A stretch of 64,000 nt of DNA, from positions 1-64,000 of IMG/VR virus record IMGVR_UViG_3300042460_000692; one strand, written 5' to 3'. Shown here piece by piece: positions 1 through 9,535 of the stretch (position 1 is the first letter of the stretch; the number at the start of each line of letters is the position of its first letter). A program made the translations under genes and the position numbers. Below the pieces are notes generated by a model that saw only the letters and a program-made list of their open reading frames with translations, did not search any database and was not told the DNA's origin. The DNA is from an uncultured virus (IMG/VR IMGVR_UViG_3300042460_000692). Its lineage: Duplodnaviria; Heunggongvirae; Uroviricota; Caudoviricetes.

Positions 1-2
1 AA

Positions 3-1619
3 GATTACAACGAAAATATTACAAGAAAATATAGACAAGCCGGTGTTACAACAGTAACGGCTGCTTGGTTATCAAAAAAATTACAATTAGCAAAACCAGA
101 TAATCCTGAGAGAGTTCTACTTATTGCAAACAAACGTGATACTGCGGTGGAGATGGCTAATAAGGTTAGACATTTCTTAGAACAATGGCCTGAATGGATT
201 AATGTTGGGTTCTCACCCGATAAAAACTCAGAAAGTAGATTTAGATTAAACAATGGATGTGAGGTTAAGGCGGTTGCAACATCAGCGGATGCCCTTCGTG
301 GTTACACACCTACCATACTTGTATTTGATGAGGCGGCATACATTGAAGCGGGAGATGATTTTTGGGCGGCCTCTATGGCGTCCCTATCAACGGGTGGTAA
401 GATTATTCTTATCTCAACTCCAAATGGTTACGACCCCATCTATTATGGTGTTTACGACCAAGCATTACGTGGAATCAATGATTTCCATATAACCGATTTA
501 AGATGGTTTAAAGACCCTCGTTACACCAAAGATTTACGTTGGATAAAATGTCAAGACATCTGTCATTACATGTTAAATAGAGAACAATATAATGATGATG
601 AAGTTGTTCTACATGATTTTGACATGAAAGAATATCTAAAACTTTTAGAAGACGGTTATAAACCATTTTCATCTTGGTTTGAGTCAATGTCTAAGAAATT
701 TAAATATGATAGACGTAAGATAGCTCAGGAGTTGGAATGTGATTTCTTAGGTTCGGGAGATGGTGTTATTCCTGGCGATATTCAAGAGAATATTGCTAAG
801 AACATGATAAGAGAACCAATTGAAAAATACATGCAAGCCACATTTTGGCAATGGAAAGAACCAATCATCGGTCATCGTTATATTATGGGGGTGGATGTGA
901 GTAGAGGAGATAGTGAGGATTTTTCAGCAATATCAATTATTGATTTTGATGATAGAGAACAGGTTGCGGAATATATTGGTAAAATACCTCCTGATGATTT
1001 AGCTGCCGTTGCATATAAATGGGCTATTTTATATGGTAATGCGTTTATTGTTACGGATATTACAGGTGGTATGGGTGTTGCCACATCAAGAAAATTAACT
1101 GAGTTAAACTATAAGAATGTTTACATTGAAGGAGTTAATACTCAAAACATTTGGGACTATAACGCCAAAGCGATGGAGAAAATACCAGGACTTAACTTCA
1201 ATAATAAAAGAACTCAAATTGTTGCCGCATTTGAAGAGCAACTTAGGAAGGGATTTATTGTTAGATCTGCAAGATTATTAAACGAACTCAATACGTTTGT
1301 TTACATGAATGGAAGACCTGACCATATGAAAGGTTCACACGATGATGCCATTATGGGTATGTCAATGGCATTATACGCTGCAGACGTATCTTTTAACTTA
1401 TTACAAAAGAATGAAAATGCTAACAAAGCAATGTTAGATTCTTGGACAATGAGTGAACGTACATACGAACCAAATAAGTCTTTTTACTCATATGGGACCG
1501 CTTTCGACCAAATAGGATCAATGGGGTTTGACGATAATCCAGCATTTAAAGATATACGTAACGTACCCGGTAAGAACCAATATCAAGAATATAATTGGTT
1601 ATTTGGAAGATCAAAATAA
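3..1619 (+). CDS. terL: Terminase large subunit (T4 gp17-like), 5'-truncated by window edge
   Basis: Frame is open from position 3 (DYNENITRKYRQAGVTT, Walker A-like); Walker B ILVFDEAA, coupling motif ISTPNG, nuclease motifs GVDVSRG and HDDAIM; lies directly upstream of the portal. Confidence 0.95.
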   Translation, partial: DYNENITRKYRQAGVTTVTAAWLSKKLQLAKPDNPERVLLIANKRDTAVEMANKVRHFLEQWPEWINVGFSPDKNSESRFRLNNGCEVKAVATSADALRGYTPTILVFDEAAYIEAGDDFWAASMASLSTGGKIILISTPNGYDPIYYGVYDQALRGINDFHITDLRWFKDPRYTKDLRWIKCQDICHYMLNREQYNDDEVVLHDFDMKEYLKLLEDGYKPFSSWFESMSKKFKYDRRKIAQELECDFLGSGDGVIPGDIQENIAKNMIREPIEKYMQATFWQWKEPIIGHRYIMGVDVSRGDSEDFSAISIIDFDDREQVAEYIGKIPPDDLAAVAYKWAILYGNAFIVTDITGGMGVATSRKLTELNYKNVYIEGVNTQNIWDYNAKAMEKIPGLNFNNKRTQIVAAFEEQLRKGFIVRSARLLNELNTFVYMNGRPDHMKGSHDDAIMGMSMALYAADVSFNLLQKNENANKAMLDSWTMSERTYEPNKSFYSYGTAFDQIGSMGFDDNPAFKDIRNVPGKNQYQEYNWLFGRSK

Positions 1620-1661
1620 TGTTCCAATTACTAATAATTTAGTTTATATTATAAAGAAAAG

Positions 1662-1669
1662 TATTTATA
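1662..1669 (+). promoter_or_regulatory. TATTTATA putative late promoter box (portal)
   Basis: Same box recurs upstream of most structural genes; 3 nt before the ATG at 1673. Confidence 0.6.
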
Positions 1670-1672
1670 GAT

Positions 1673-3484
1673 ATGGCAGAACAGAATTACACCGTCTTTC
1701 AGAAACTAACAAGAATGTTTGGTTATCCGGGTCAATCGATTAAGGATAAAACACCATCTTTTAATTTTAACAAAGATGAGTTATTAAAAACAGATAGTAG
1801 AGAAGACTACGAAAAGGCGATGTTGCAAGCACAACAATCGCAATACATTGCAGATAAATGGACCAAGTTAGACCAATCGGTTTATAATCAATCTGTTTAT
1901 TACGAACCAAATAGATTGGCAGCATATTATGACTACGAGTCTATGGAGTTTACTCCTGAAATTTCAGCGTCGTTAGACATATACGCTGAAGAATCTACAA
2001 CAATGTCCGAAAAGGGTGAAATATTAACCATATATTCAGAATCAGATAGAGTTAAAAGTATTTTAGTGGACTTATTTAATAATAAGTTAGATATAAATAC
2101 CAATTTACAAATGTGGGCAAGAGGTCTTTGTAAGTATGGTGACGATTTTGTTTATTTAAAAATTGATCCAGAAAAGGGTATTATTGGTTGCCAACAATTA
2201 CCGAATATTGAAATAGAGAGGTTAGAGGGTGCAACAGGAAAAAGTCCAAATCAAAGTTCTGATTTAAAACTACCAACAAGAGAATTAAGATTTACTTGGA
2301 AGAACAAAGATATGGAATTCCAAGCTTGGGAAGTTGCTCACTTTAGATTATTGGGTGACGATAGAAAGTTACCATATGGTACTTCTATGTTAGATAAGAT
2401 TAGAAGAATTTGGAAACAACTTTTACTTGCTGAAGATGCAATGTTAATTTATAGAACATCAAGAGCACCTGAAAGACGTGTGTTCAAGGTGTTTGTTGGT
2501 AATATGGACGATAAAGATATTGAACCATATGTACAACGTGTTGCCAATAAATTTAAAAGAGACCAAATACAAGACCCACGTAATGGTAACGTGGATATGA
2601 GATACAATCAAATGGCTGTAGACCAAGATTATTTCATACCTGTTCGTGACCCGTCACAAACAAATCCAATCGAAACATTACCAGGAGCTCAGAACTTGGG
2701 CGAAATTGCAGATATTGAATATATTCAAAAGAAATTATTGGCGGCTTTACGTATCCCTAAAGCTTTCTTAGGTTTTGAAGAAGTTGTTGGTGATGGTAAG
2801 AATCTTGCATTGATGGATATTCGTTTTGCAAGAACAATCAATAAAATACAAAAATCGTTAATTCAAGAATTAAATAAAATTGCATTAATGCATCTTTATT
2901 TATTAGGATTAGAAGATGATTTAAATAGTTTTTCATTATCGTTAACTAACCCATCACAGCAATCAGATTTATTAAAGATTGAAACATGGAAGGAAAAGAT
3001 TACTCTTTACAAAGATGCGACATCTGATCAATCTCAAGTAGGTATCTTACCAGTATCACATACATGGGCTAAGAAAAATATCTTAGGTATGAGTGATAGT
3101 GAGGTATTACTTGATTTACAACAACAACGTTTAGAAAGAGCGGTAGGTTTTGAATTACAAAATAGTCAACTTATTATTAAACGTTCTGGTGTATTTGATG
3201 AGGTTGATAAGAAATATGGAATTCCTGAAGAGGAGAGAGCGGCAGCAGAAGCAGCAGCATCCGGAGGTGAGGGTGCTGGTGGAGACATGGGAGGAATACC
3301 ACCACCTCCAGCGGCGGGTGGAGGAGGAGAAGCTCCTTTAAGTGAAGCAACATCTAAAAAATCAAAAATATTAGGTATGTTAGGTGAAGAAAAAGAAGAT
3401 TTTAATGTTTTGTTTGACATGGAAAAGGCACAACAGAATATTTATGAAATAGAAAATAAATTGAACGATATTTTAAACGACTAA
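1673..3484 (+). CDS. Portal protein (T4 gp20-like)
   Basis: YGTSMLDKIRRIWKQLLLAEDAMLIYRTSRAPERRVF and DYFIPVR...IETLPGAQNLGEIADIEY motifs typical of gp20 portals; position after terL. Confidence 0.95.
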   Translation: MAEQNYTVFQKLTRMFGYPGQSIKDKTPSFNFNKDELLKTDSREDYEKAMLQAQQSQYIADKWTKLDQSVYNQSVYYEPNRLAAYYDYESMEFTPEISASLDIYAEESTTMSEKGEILTIYSESDRVKSILVDLFNNKLDINTNLQMWARGLCKYGDDFVYLKIDPEKGIIGCQQLPNIEIERLEGATGKSPNQSSDLKLPTRELRFTWKNKDMEFQAWEVAHFRLLGDDRKLPYGTSMLDKIRRIWKQLLLAEDAMLIYRTSRAPERRVFKVFVGNMDDKDIEPYVQRVANKFKRDQIQDPRNGNVDMRYNQMAVDQDYFIPVRDPSQTNPIETLPGAQNLGEIADIEYIQKKLLAALRIPKAFLGFEEVVGDGKNLALMDIRFARTINKIQKSLIQELNKIALMHLYLLGLEDDLNSFSLSLTNPSQQSDLLKIETWKEKITLYKDATSDQSQVGILPVSHTWAKKNILGMSDSEVLLDLQQQRLERAVGFELQNSQLIIKRSGVFDEVDKKYGIPEEERAAAEAAASGGEGAGGDMGGIPPPPAAGGGGEAPLSEATSKKSKILGMLGEEKEDFNVLFDMEKAQQNIYEIENKLNDILND

Positions 3485-3486
3485 AA

Positions 3487-4233
3487 ATGAACAAATTTGG
3501 GGCACTTAAATCTAAATTATTAAACAAATTGACTGAATCTTATGCAAATGAAAATAAGACAGAAATTAAGAATATATTAGCCACAATCAAAGAAAACAAA
3601 GACTTTAAAGAAATGTACTTGTTTTACGAAGAAATTGAAAACAAATATATTGAGGATAAAGAAACAGCAAAATTATATGTTGAGGGATTAAATACATATT
3701 TTGGTCAACCAATAGGTAATTGGGATAGTTTAAATATGTTTTGTGAATCTTTAAATACTAAATTAGGTGAGGTTGAAATCGAAACTAAAGAATTATATGA
3801 ATCTTTAGATATGTTATCAGAAAAAGATTCATTATCAAATATTGAAAAGAAAGTTATTGCAAAAAAGAAATTAGTAGAACATTTAACAACTAAAAAGGAA
3901 ATTAAAGAATCTAAAGATTCGACTGTTGTTCCTAACGAAACATTACTACAAGCGGTATTAGCAAACAATTTTAACGTATTATATTCTAACACATTATCAG
4001 AATCACAAAAAGAAGAATTAAAAAATATTTTATCAATTTCTTATGATGATTTAATTACTAAGAGCAATGAATTACAAGAATCAATCATTAATCAGGTATC
4101 TACACTTTTAAGTGAATCGAACGACCCCGATTTAACCACTAAACTAAATAAAGTAAAAGATGAAGTTAGTCAAATGACAACATCTAAGTACAACTACTAC
4201 AGATTAACAGAATTAAAAAATGGTCTTAATTAA
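3487..4233 (+). CDS. Hypothetical protein, probable prohead core protein
   Basis: 248 aa, helical, with several L-x-E-S motifs; lies between portal and protease. Confidence 0.5.
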   Translation: MNKFGALKSKLLNKLTESYANENKTEIKNILATIKENKDFKEMYLFYEEIENKYIEDKETAKLYVEGLNTYFGQPIGNWDSLNMFCESLNTKLGEVEIETKELYESLDMLSEKDSLSNIEKKVIAKKKLVEHLTTKKEIKESKDSTVVPNETLLQAVLANNFNVLYSNTLSESQKEELKNILSISYDDLITKSNELQESIINQVSTLLSESNDPDLTTKLNKVKDEVSQMTTSKYNYYRLTELKNGLN

Positions 4234-4245
4234 GACCATTTTTTA
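4214..4245. terminator. 32-bp perfect palindrome, putative bidirectional terminator at convergent gene ends
   Basis: TAAAAAATGGTCTTAA|TTAAGACCATTTTTTA spans both stop codons, with a T-run on each strand. Confidence 0.7.
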
Positions 4246-4417
4246 TTTGTTGAACATATACCGCTTTTAAAACTTCCTTCCTTTTAGTGACTGAAGGTTT
4301 AACAAATTCCTTCCTTTCCCTCAATTTTTGAATTTGCTTAGTTTTTTGAACTCTATTCTTATAGGTTCTTAATGCTGTTTCGATACTACGTTCTTTTGTT
4401 ACGTCAATTATTATCAT
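4226..4417 (-). CDS. rpsU: Phage-encoded ribosomal protein bS21
   Basis: 63 aa basic protein with the S21 signature (SIETALRTYK...LRERKEFVKPSVTKR) and a Bacteroidia-type C-terminus KAVY54. Confidence 0.92.
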   Translation of the reverse strand: MIIIDVTKERSIETALRTYKNRVQKTKQIQKLRERKEFVKPSVTKRKEVLKAVYVQQIKNGLN

Positions 4418-4434
4418 AATATATAATTATACCA

Positions 4435-4463
4435 CAAATATATAAAATATTTTGGATTTACAA
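4435..4463 (-). promoter_or_regulatory. Bacteroidota sigma-type promoter for bS21
   Basis: TATATTTG (-7 element, 4442-4435) with TTG 18 nt upstream (4463-4461). Confidence 0.55.
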
Positions 4464-4518
4464 CATTTTTTTCATATATTTTAATAACACCATAAAATAA
4501 AGATAATGAATAAAATTA

Positions 4519-4944
4519 ATGAAAACAGGTAAGTATATCCCATTAGGGACTTACAACAATGTAAAGTATGGTTATGGTACAGTAGACTTTAAAAATCTTA
4601 AAACTATTTATGTAAAATTAAATTCTTGGTTGCAACCAGAAAATGAAACTGACGATTATGACTATCTAATTTCAAAATCAAGAAGAAAAATAAAAGAATT
4701 AATTTATAATTTAAACAATTCAAGTTTTAAACAACAATCAATTGTTGATTTAGATATAAGAACCAAAGGAATTAAGATTGAAAAAAAGTCTTTTATGAAT
4801 TTAGAAATAACTTTATATGTTGAAAAGCAATTCGATATTAGATCAAAGGAAATAAAAACATTTATCACAGATTTGACCGAATCCGTTGTTGAGGATGGTT
4901 TAATTGATAAAAAACTATTCAATTTTTACAAAAGCAAGAAATAA
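4519..4944 (+). CDS. Hypothetical protein
   Basis: 141 aa ORF divergent from bS21; preceded by a TTTG...TATATTTT host-like promoter. Confidence 0.75.
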   Translation: MKTGKYIPLGTYNNVKYGYGTVDFKNLKTIYVKLNSWLQPENETDDYDYLISKSRRKIKELIYNLNNSSFKQQSIVDLDIRTKGIKIEKKSFMNLEITLYVEKQFDIRSKEIKTFITDLTESVVEDGLIDKKLFNFYKSKK

Positions 4945-4958
4945 CCTTGGTATTGATG

Positions 4959-4966
4959 TATTTATA
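4959..4966 (+). promoter_or_regulatory. TATTTATA putative late promoter box (protease)
   Basis: Recurrent motif, 16 nt before the ATG. Confidence 0.6.
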
Positions 4967-4982
4967 GTAATAAAATCTATAA

Positions 4983-5666
4983 ATGAAGATATTAGGACCA
5001 AACGAAACGGGTAGAGGAATTTTAATAGAATATGACGCAGGTCATGTTTCTCCCGAACAAAACAAGAAAATTATTTCGGAAATGAGGGATATGGACTTTT
5101 CACAAGACCTTATCCTTTATGCCGTTTTACAAAAATACGACACTCCAAATAAGAACGGAAGGATTTATCCTGAGATGTTACTTAAAAGAGAAAACGAAAA
5201 ATACCAATCACTTATTAAGAAGGGAGGAGCATTAAACGAACTTAATCACCCTTCATCATCTCTTATCGATTTAGATAGAGTTTCTCATTCAATTCTTGAA
5301 ACTTATTGGGACGGAAAAATCCTTATGGGTAAAATAAAATTATTCACTTCGCCAGGATGGAAGAAGATGGGTATTGTATCCACTAAGGGTGACCAAGCGG
5401 CTATGTTAATTATGAACGGAGCTACTTTGGGTATATCCTCTCGTGGTGTTGGTTCCTTAAAAAACATTAAAGGTCAAAACATTGTTCAGGATGACTTTGA
5501 ATTGGTATGTTTTGATTTAGTGTCATCCCCATCAACTCCAGGTGCATACATTTTTAGTGACCCCTCAGATAGGGACCAATATCAAGAATCAGAAATTAAA
5601 AAACCCGCGGTTGATGATAGAATGTCCAAACTTATGGGAAAATTAGATACTTTTTTGAGTAAATAA
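4983..5666 (+). CDS. Prohead protease (T4 gp21-like)
   Basis: NKNGRIYP, ELNHP, VSH, GISSRGVGS and FDLVSSPSTPGA motifs of gp21 proteases. Confidence 0.95.
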   Translation: MKILGPNETGRGILIEYDAGHVSPEQNKKIISEMRDMDFSQDLILYAVLQKYDTPNKNGRIYPEMLLKRENEKYQSLIKKGGALNELNHPSSSLIDLDRVSHSILETYWDGKILMGKIKLFTSPGWKKMGIVSTKGDQAAMLIMNGATLGISSRGVGSLKNIKGQNIVQDDFELVCFDLVSSPSTPGAYIFSDPSDRDQYQESEIKKPAVDDRMSKLMGKLDTFLSK

Positions 5667-5720
5667 CCAATTTTATAGGGATACAAATATTAAAAATAAG
5701 ACTTTTTATTAAAGTCGTAC

Positions 5721-5728
5721 TATTTATT
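5721..5728 (+). promoter_or_regulatory. TATTTATT putative late promoter box (scaffold/capsid)
   Basis: Recurrent motif upstream of the scaffold gene. Confidence 0.55.
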
Positions 5729-5751
5729 AGATAATAAAACAAAATTTCACA

Positions 5752-6927
5752 ATGACTGAAAAATCAATTTTAGAACAAGCGTTACTTCAAGTACAAACAC
5801 TTGAAGAAGCAGTAAAGCAAAATGCAAAGGGTATACTTGCTTCAACCATGAAACAAGAACTGAATGACTTGCTTAAAGAATCATTGGAAGAAGAGGATGA
5901 AACTAAAATGCCGATGGGTGAACAACCTGAGGATGAAGTTGATCCTGAAGAAGAGGAAGACGATATGTCAGATGACGATGCAACAGCAGACGACTCTGAA
6001 AATGATACAGACCTCGATAACGAACCAAACAAAGACATTGAAGGATTAGATTCTGAAGATGATGAAGAAGGAGATGAAGATCTCGCTTTACCACCAGCAG
6101 AAGAAGGTTCTGAAGATGAGGACGTAATGGATATGACCGGTGCTTCAGATGATGAAGTATTAAAAGTTTTCAAAGCGATGAAACCAGAAGATGGTATTGT
6201 AGTTAAGAAAGACGGAAATAACATTGAGTTTGGTGACGGAGAAGACGATTATATTATCAAACTTGATGATGAAATGGAATCTGACTCTGAGTTTAATGCT
6301 GAACCCGAATTCGGTACTGAAGAAGATGAATTTTCAGAAATGGATATGATGGGTGATGATATGGAAACTGATGAGGAAGAAACAATTTACGAAATTGAGA
6401 TTGATGAAGAAGAAGATGAAGAAGAAGTTGCTGAAGGTGATGAGATGGAAATCGAAGCTACTGAAGCAGCAAGAACATTTGGAACGGGAGTTAGGGGACC
6501 ATCTCAAAAAACAAAATACAAGACTGGTCGTCACGAAATGAACGAAGAAGTTGAAAAGTTAAAGAAACAAAATTCTGAATACAAGAAGGCTTTAGTTTTA
6601 TTCAAAGACAAACTTAACGAAGTTGCTGTGTTTAATGCAAACTTAGCTTACGCTACACGTTTATTTACTGAACACTCTACTACTAAACAAGAGAAATTGA
6701 ACATATTAAAGAGATTTGATTCAGTTTCAACGATGAATGAATCTAAAGGTTTATTCAACACAATCAAATCTGAATTAGGTACAAAAACAACAGTTACCGA
6801 GTCAGTAGTTGGAAAAATCTCTAACACCCCATCTACATCATCATCTCAAGAAGTGTTATCAGAAGCTAAAGCTTATGAGAATCCACAATTCAGAAGAATG
6901 AAAGATTTAATGGGAAAAATAAAATAA
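5752..6927 (+). CDS. Prohead scaffolding/core protein (T4 gp22-like position)
   Basis: Highly acidic central region, coiled-coil C-terminus, many x-x-E cleavage-type motifs; lies between protease and capsid. Confidence 0.8.
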   Translation: MTEKSILEQALLQVQTLEEAVKQNAKGILASTMKQELNDLLKESLEEEDETKMPMGEQPEDEVDPEEEEDDMSDDDATADDSENDTDLDNEPNKDIEGLDSEDDEEGDEDLALPPAEEGSEDEDVMDMTGASDDEVLKVFKAMKPEDGIVVKKDGNNIEFGDGEDDYIIKLDDEMESDSEFNAEPEFGTEEDEFSEMDMMGDDMETDEEETIYEIEIDEEEDEEEVAEGDEMEIEATEAARTFGTGVRGPSQKTKYKTGRHEMNEEVEKLKKQNSEYKKALVLFKDKLNEVAVFNANLAYATRLFTEHSTTKQEKLNILKRFDSVSTMNESKGLFNTIKSELGTKTTVTESVVGKISNTPSTSSSQEVLSEAKAYENPQFRRMKDLMGKIK

Positions 6928-6958
6928 TAAATTAAACAAAAAAACAAAAACATACAAA

Positions 6959-8689
6959 ATGGGAGCATTATTAGAATCAGGTATGGTAGGTAACATCGGT
7001 CTTAAGCACCTTCGTGTTATCAAAGAAGATACCATCAGAAAATGGGATGACTTAGGCTTTTTAGAAGGTCTTGACGGTCACCAAAAAGATAACATCGCGC
7101 AATTATATGAAAACCAAGCGTCTTATTTAATCAACGAAGCAGCAGTAGCTGATGCGTCTGGTTCATTCGAGACTGTGGTTTTCCCAATCATTCGTCGTGT
7201 ATTCTCTAAATTATTAGCTAACGACATCGTGTCAGTACAAGCTATGAACTTACCAATTGGTAAATTATTCTTCTTCATTCCTAAAATTCAGGAAAGAAAC
7301 GGAGCAGGTCACTATTCTCCATATGGTATGCCAGGTGCTGGTGGAAGCGCCGCAACTGGTTACACAGGTGGTAACTTATATGACAGATTCTACGAAGCAG
7401 GTGATGGTAACAGTCCTGATACAGGTCTTTTTGATTACTCAAAAGGTCAATATTCAGCTGTAACTTTAACCGCTGTTTCTGCTGTTACTTTCAGTAATGG
7501 TTCAGTTTCTGCAATTGCAGTTTCTGGTGTTACTGGTTCATCAAACGCACAATCATCTTTAATCTTGAAATTTACAGGATTTGCAAAAGATGGTCAAGGT
7601 AAATTAATCGGACCAAATGGTAACGCAATGGATACTGAAGAATTTTTAGCATCAGCTGAAGTTAAATACTTAACTGACTCTAAGAACTTCAACGTTGTTA
7701 CTCAGAAGTATGGTAAAGGTATTGTTGAATATGGTTCAACTGCATCTTCTACTAACTACCCTTCAGGTAACTACAATGATATCTGTGATGCTGATGGAGT
7801 TATCTACGTAAGTGTTGATATGCAGAACTACAGTGCAACATCTGGTTTCTCTAACATCACATTACCTACAGGTACAACTATCGGTGATTTCACATTAACT
7901 TTCAGAACTTATGATACTTTAGAATTTGAAGATCAAATTGGTGAAGTTTCTTTCGATTTACAATCAGTAACAGTTTCTGTAACTGAAAGAAAATTAAGAG
8001 CTACATGGTCTCCTGAATTGGCTCAAGACGTTAGTGCATTCCACAACATCGATGCTGAAGCTGAATTAACAGCTTTATTATCTGAGCAAATTGCAGCAGA
8101 AGTTGACCGTGAAATTTTACGTGATTTACGTAAAGGTGCAGCTTGGAAAGCTAAGTGGGATTACAATGAGTGGAAATACGGTGGAGCATCAGGTGCTACA
8201 TTACAAGGTTACACTCAAAAAGATTGGAACCAAACTTTGGTAACTAAGGTTAACCAAATTTCAGCTCAAATCCATAAGACTACATTAAGAGGTGGTGCTA
8301 ACTGGATCGTTGTTTCTTCAGAAGTTTCTGCAGTATTCGATGATTTAGAATATTTCCACGTATCTAACGCAGCTCCTGAGCAAGATTCATACAACATGGG
8401 TATCGAGAAAATCGGTTCTCTTGCTGGAAGATATCAAGTATATCGTGATCCTTACTTCCCAGCTAGCAAGATCTTAATTGGTCACAAAGGTAAATCACTA
8501 TTGGACGCTGGTTACATCTACGCTCCATATGTACCTTTACAATTAACTCCAACAATGTACAATCCGTTCACAATGACTCCTATCAAAGGAATCATGACAC
8601 GTTACGCAAAGAAAATGGTAAACAACCGTTACTTTGGTGTAATCGACGTGAAAGGTATCACTACATTCTCTTTGGATACATTAAGATAA
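6959..8689 (+). CDS. Major capsid protein (T4 gp23-like)
   Basis: VSVQAMNLPIG, RKLRATWSPELAQD...HNIDAEAELTALLSEQIAAEVDREI, YAPYVPL and GIMTRY motifs. Confidence 0.97.
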   Translation: MGALLESGMVGNIGLKHLRVIKEDTIRKWDDLGFLEGLDGHQKDNIAQLYENQASYLINEAAVADASGSFETVVFPIIRRVFSKLLANDIVSVQAMNLPIGKLFFFIPKIQERNGAGHYSPYGMPGAGGSAATGYTGGNLYDRFYEAGDGNSPDTGLFDYSKGQYSAVTLTAVSAVTFSNGSVSAIAVSGVTGSSNAQSSLILKFTGFAKDGQGKLIGPNGNAMDTEEFLASAEVKYLTDSKNFNVVTQKYGKGIVEYGSTASSTNYPSGNYNDICDADGVIYVSVDMQNYSATSGFSNITLPTGTTIGDFTLTFRTYDTLEFEDQIGEVSFDLQSVTVSVTERKLRATWSPELAQDVSAFHNIDAEAELTALLSEQIAAEVDREILRDLRKGAAWKAKWDYNEWKYGGASGATLQGYTQKDWNQTLVTKVNQISAQIHKTTLRGGANWIVVSSEVSAVFDDLEYFHVSNAAPEQDSYNMGIEKIGSLAGRYQVYRDPYFPASKILIGHKGKSLLDAGYIYAPYVPLQLTPTMYNPFTMTPIKGIMTRYAKKMVNNRYFGVIDVKGITTFSLDTLR

Positions 8690-8708
8690 TCTTAATAGGA
8701 TTGAATAT

Positions 8709-8739
8709 AAAAACCCTCGAAGAAATTCGGGGGTTTTTT
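8709..8739 (+). terminator. Rho-independent terminator after the capsid gene
   Basis: AAAAACCCTCGAA-GAAA-TTCGGGGGTTTTTT hairpin plus U-tract. Confidence 0.85.
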
Positions 8740-8743
8740 GTTA

Positions 8744-8774
8744 TTGGAATATTCCAAAAAATTAGTTATATTTG
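8744..8774 (+). promoter_or_regulatory. Bacteroidota sigma-type promoter
   Basis: TTG (8744) ... TATATTTG (8767-8774), 4 nt before the ATG at 8779. Confidence 0.6.
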
Positions 8775-8778
8775 CATT

Positions 8779-9093
8779 ATGAGTGAAGTGGACTACACTA
8801 AATTAAGGTTAGATGTCTTAGAAAAAATGATACATTCTAGAGGTATAGAATGTAAGATGAATAAGACCGAAATGATTAGGACGTTGAAACTCGACGATGA
8901 GGGAAAGTATATTCCACCAATGAAAGAGACAACGTATGAAAAATCCGATGGAGGGTTTATTGTTAGTGTAGATTTATATAATCGTTCACATTTAATACAA
9001 CTTGGGAACTTAATTTTAAAGAAAGAAGCAAAAAACTTACACAGGTACGCAACCGGTATGTTATATTATTGGGTGAAACAAAAATTAATTTAA
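8779..9093 (+). CDS. Hypothetical protein
   Basis: Start moved to ATG 8779 (MSEVDY), downstream of the terminator and promoter. Confidence 0.7.
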   Translation: MSEVDYTKLRLDVLEKMIHSRGIECKMNKTEMIRTLKLDDEGKYIPPMKETTYEKSDGGFIVSVDLYNRSHLIQLGNLILKKEAKNLHRYATGMLYYWVKQKLI

Positions 9094-9094
9094 T

Positions 9095-9535
9095 ATGAAT
9101 TGGATAGAGTATTTTTTACAGATTGCTGAGGTGGTAAAACTCAAATCTAAGGACCAATCTACACAGATAGGTGCCGTTGTAGTCGGTGAGGGTAATAACG
9201 TCCTTTCTACGGGTTATAATTCATTCCCAAGGGGTTTAGACGATTCATTACAAGAACGTCAGGAAAGACCCGAAAAATACTTCTGGATGGAACATGCCGA
9301 ACGTAATGCAATTTATAATGCGGCATTAGAAGGTGTATCGTTGAAAAACTCAACAATCTACTTAACATCGGGATTACCTTGTATGGATTGTGCCAGAGGA
9401 ATTGTTAATTCCGGTATAAAGACGGTATATTGTAAGGAAGTCTGTACTACTAAAAATAAAGAAAAGTGGGATGAATCCCAAAGTAAGGCTAAACAACTTT
9501 TAAATGAGTGTGGGGTTAATCTTATTTATTATTGA
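9095..9535 (+). CDS. dCMP deaminase
   Basis: SKDQSTQIGAV, GYN, HAERNAI and PCMDC zinc-deaminase motifs. Confidence 0.93.
   Translation: MNWIEYFLQIAEVVKLKSKDQSTQIGAVVVGEGNNVLSTGYNSFPRGLDDSLQERQERPEKYFWMEHAERNAIYNAALEGVSLKNSTIYLTSGLPCMDCARGIVNSGIKTVYCKEVCTTKNKEKWDESQSKAKQLLNECGVNLIYY

Noticed and set aside
3240..3345. GC-richer patch in the portal gene as foreign DNA
   Set aside because: Encodes an in-frame Gly/Ala/Pro linker; amino-acid composition explains the GC shift
5880..6470. GAA/GAT-rich low-complexity DNA as a repeat element
   Set aside because: Explained by the acidic scaffold protein coding sequence
8701..8778. ORF-track start at 8701 (similarly 27159, 35602 and 41361)
   Set aside because: These extensions run through terminators or promoter boxes; downstream ATGs at 8779, 27180, 35572 and 41424 fit better
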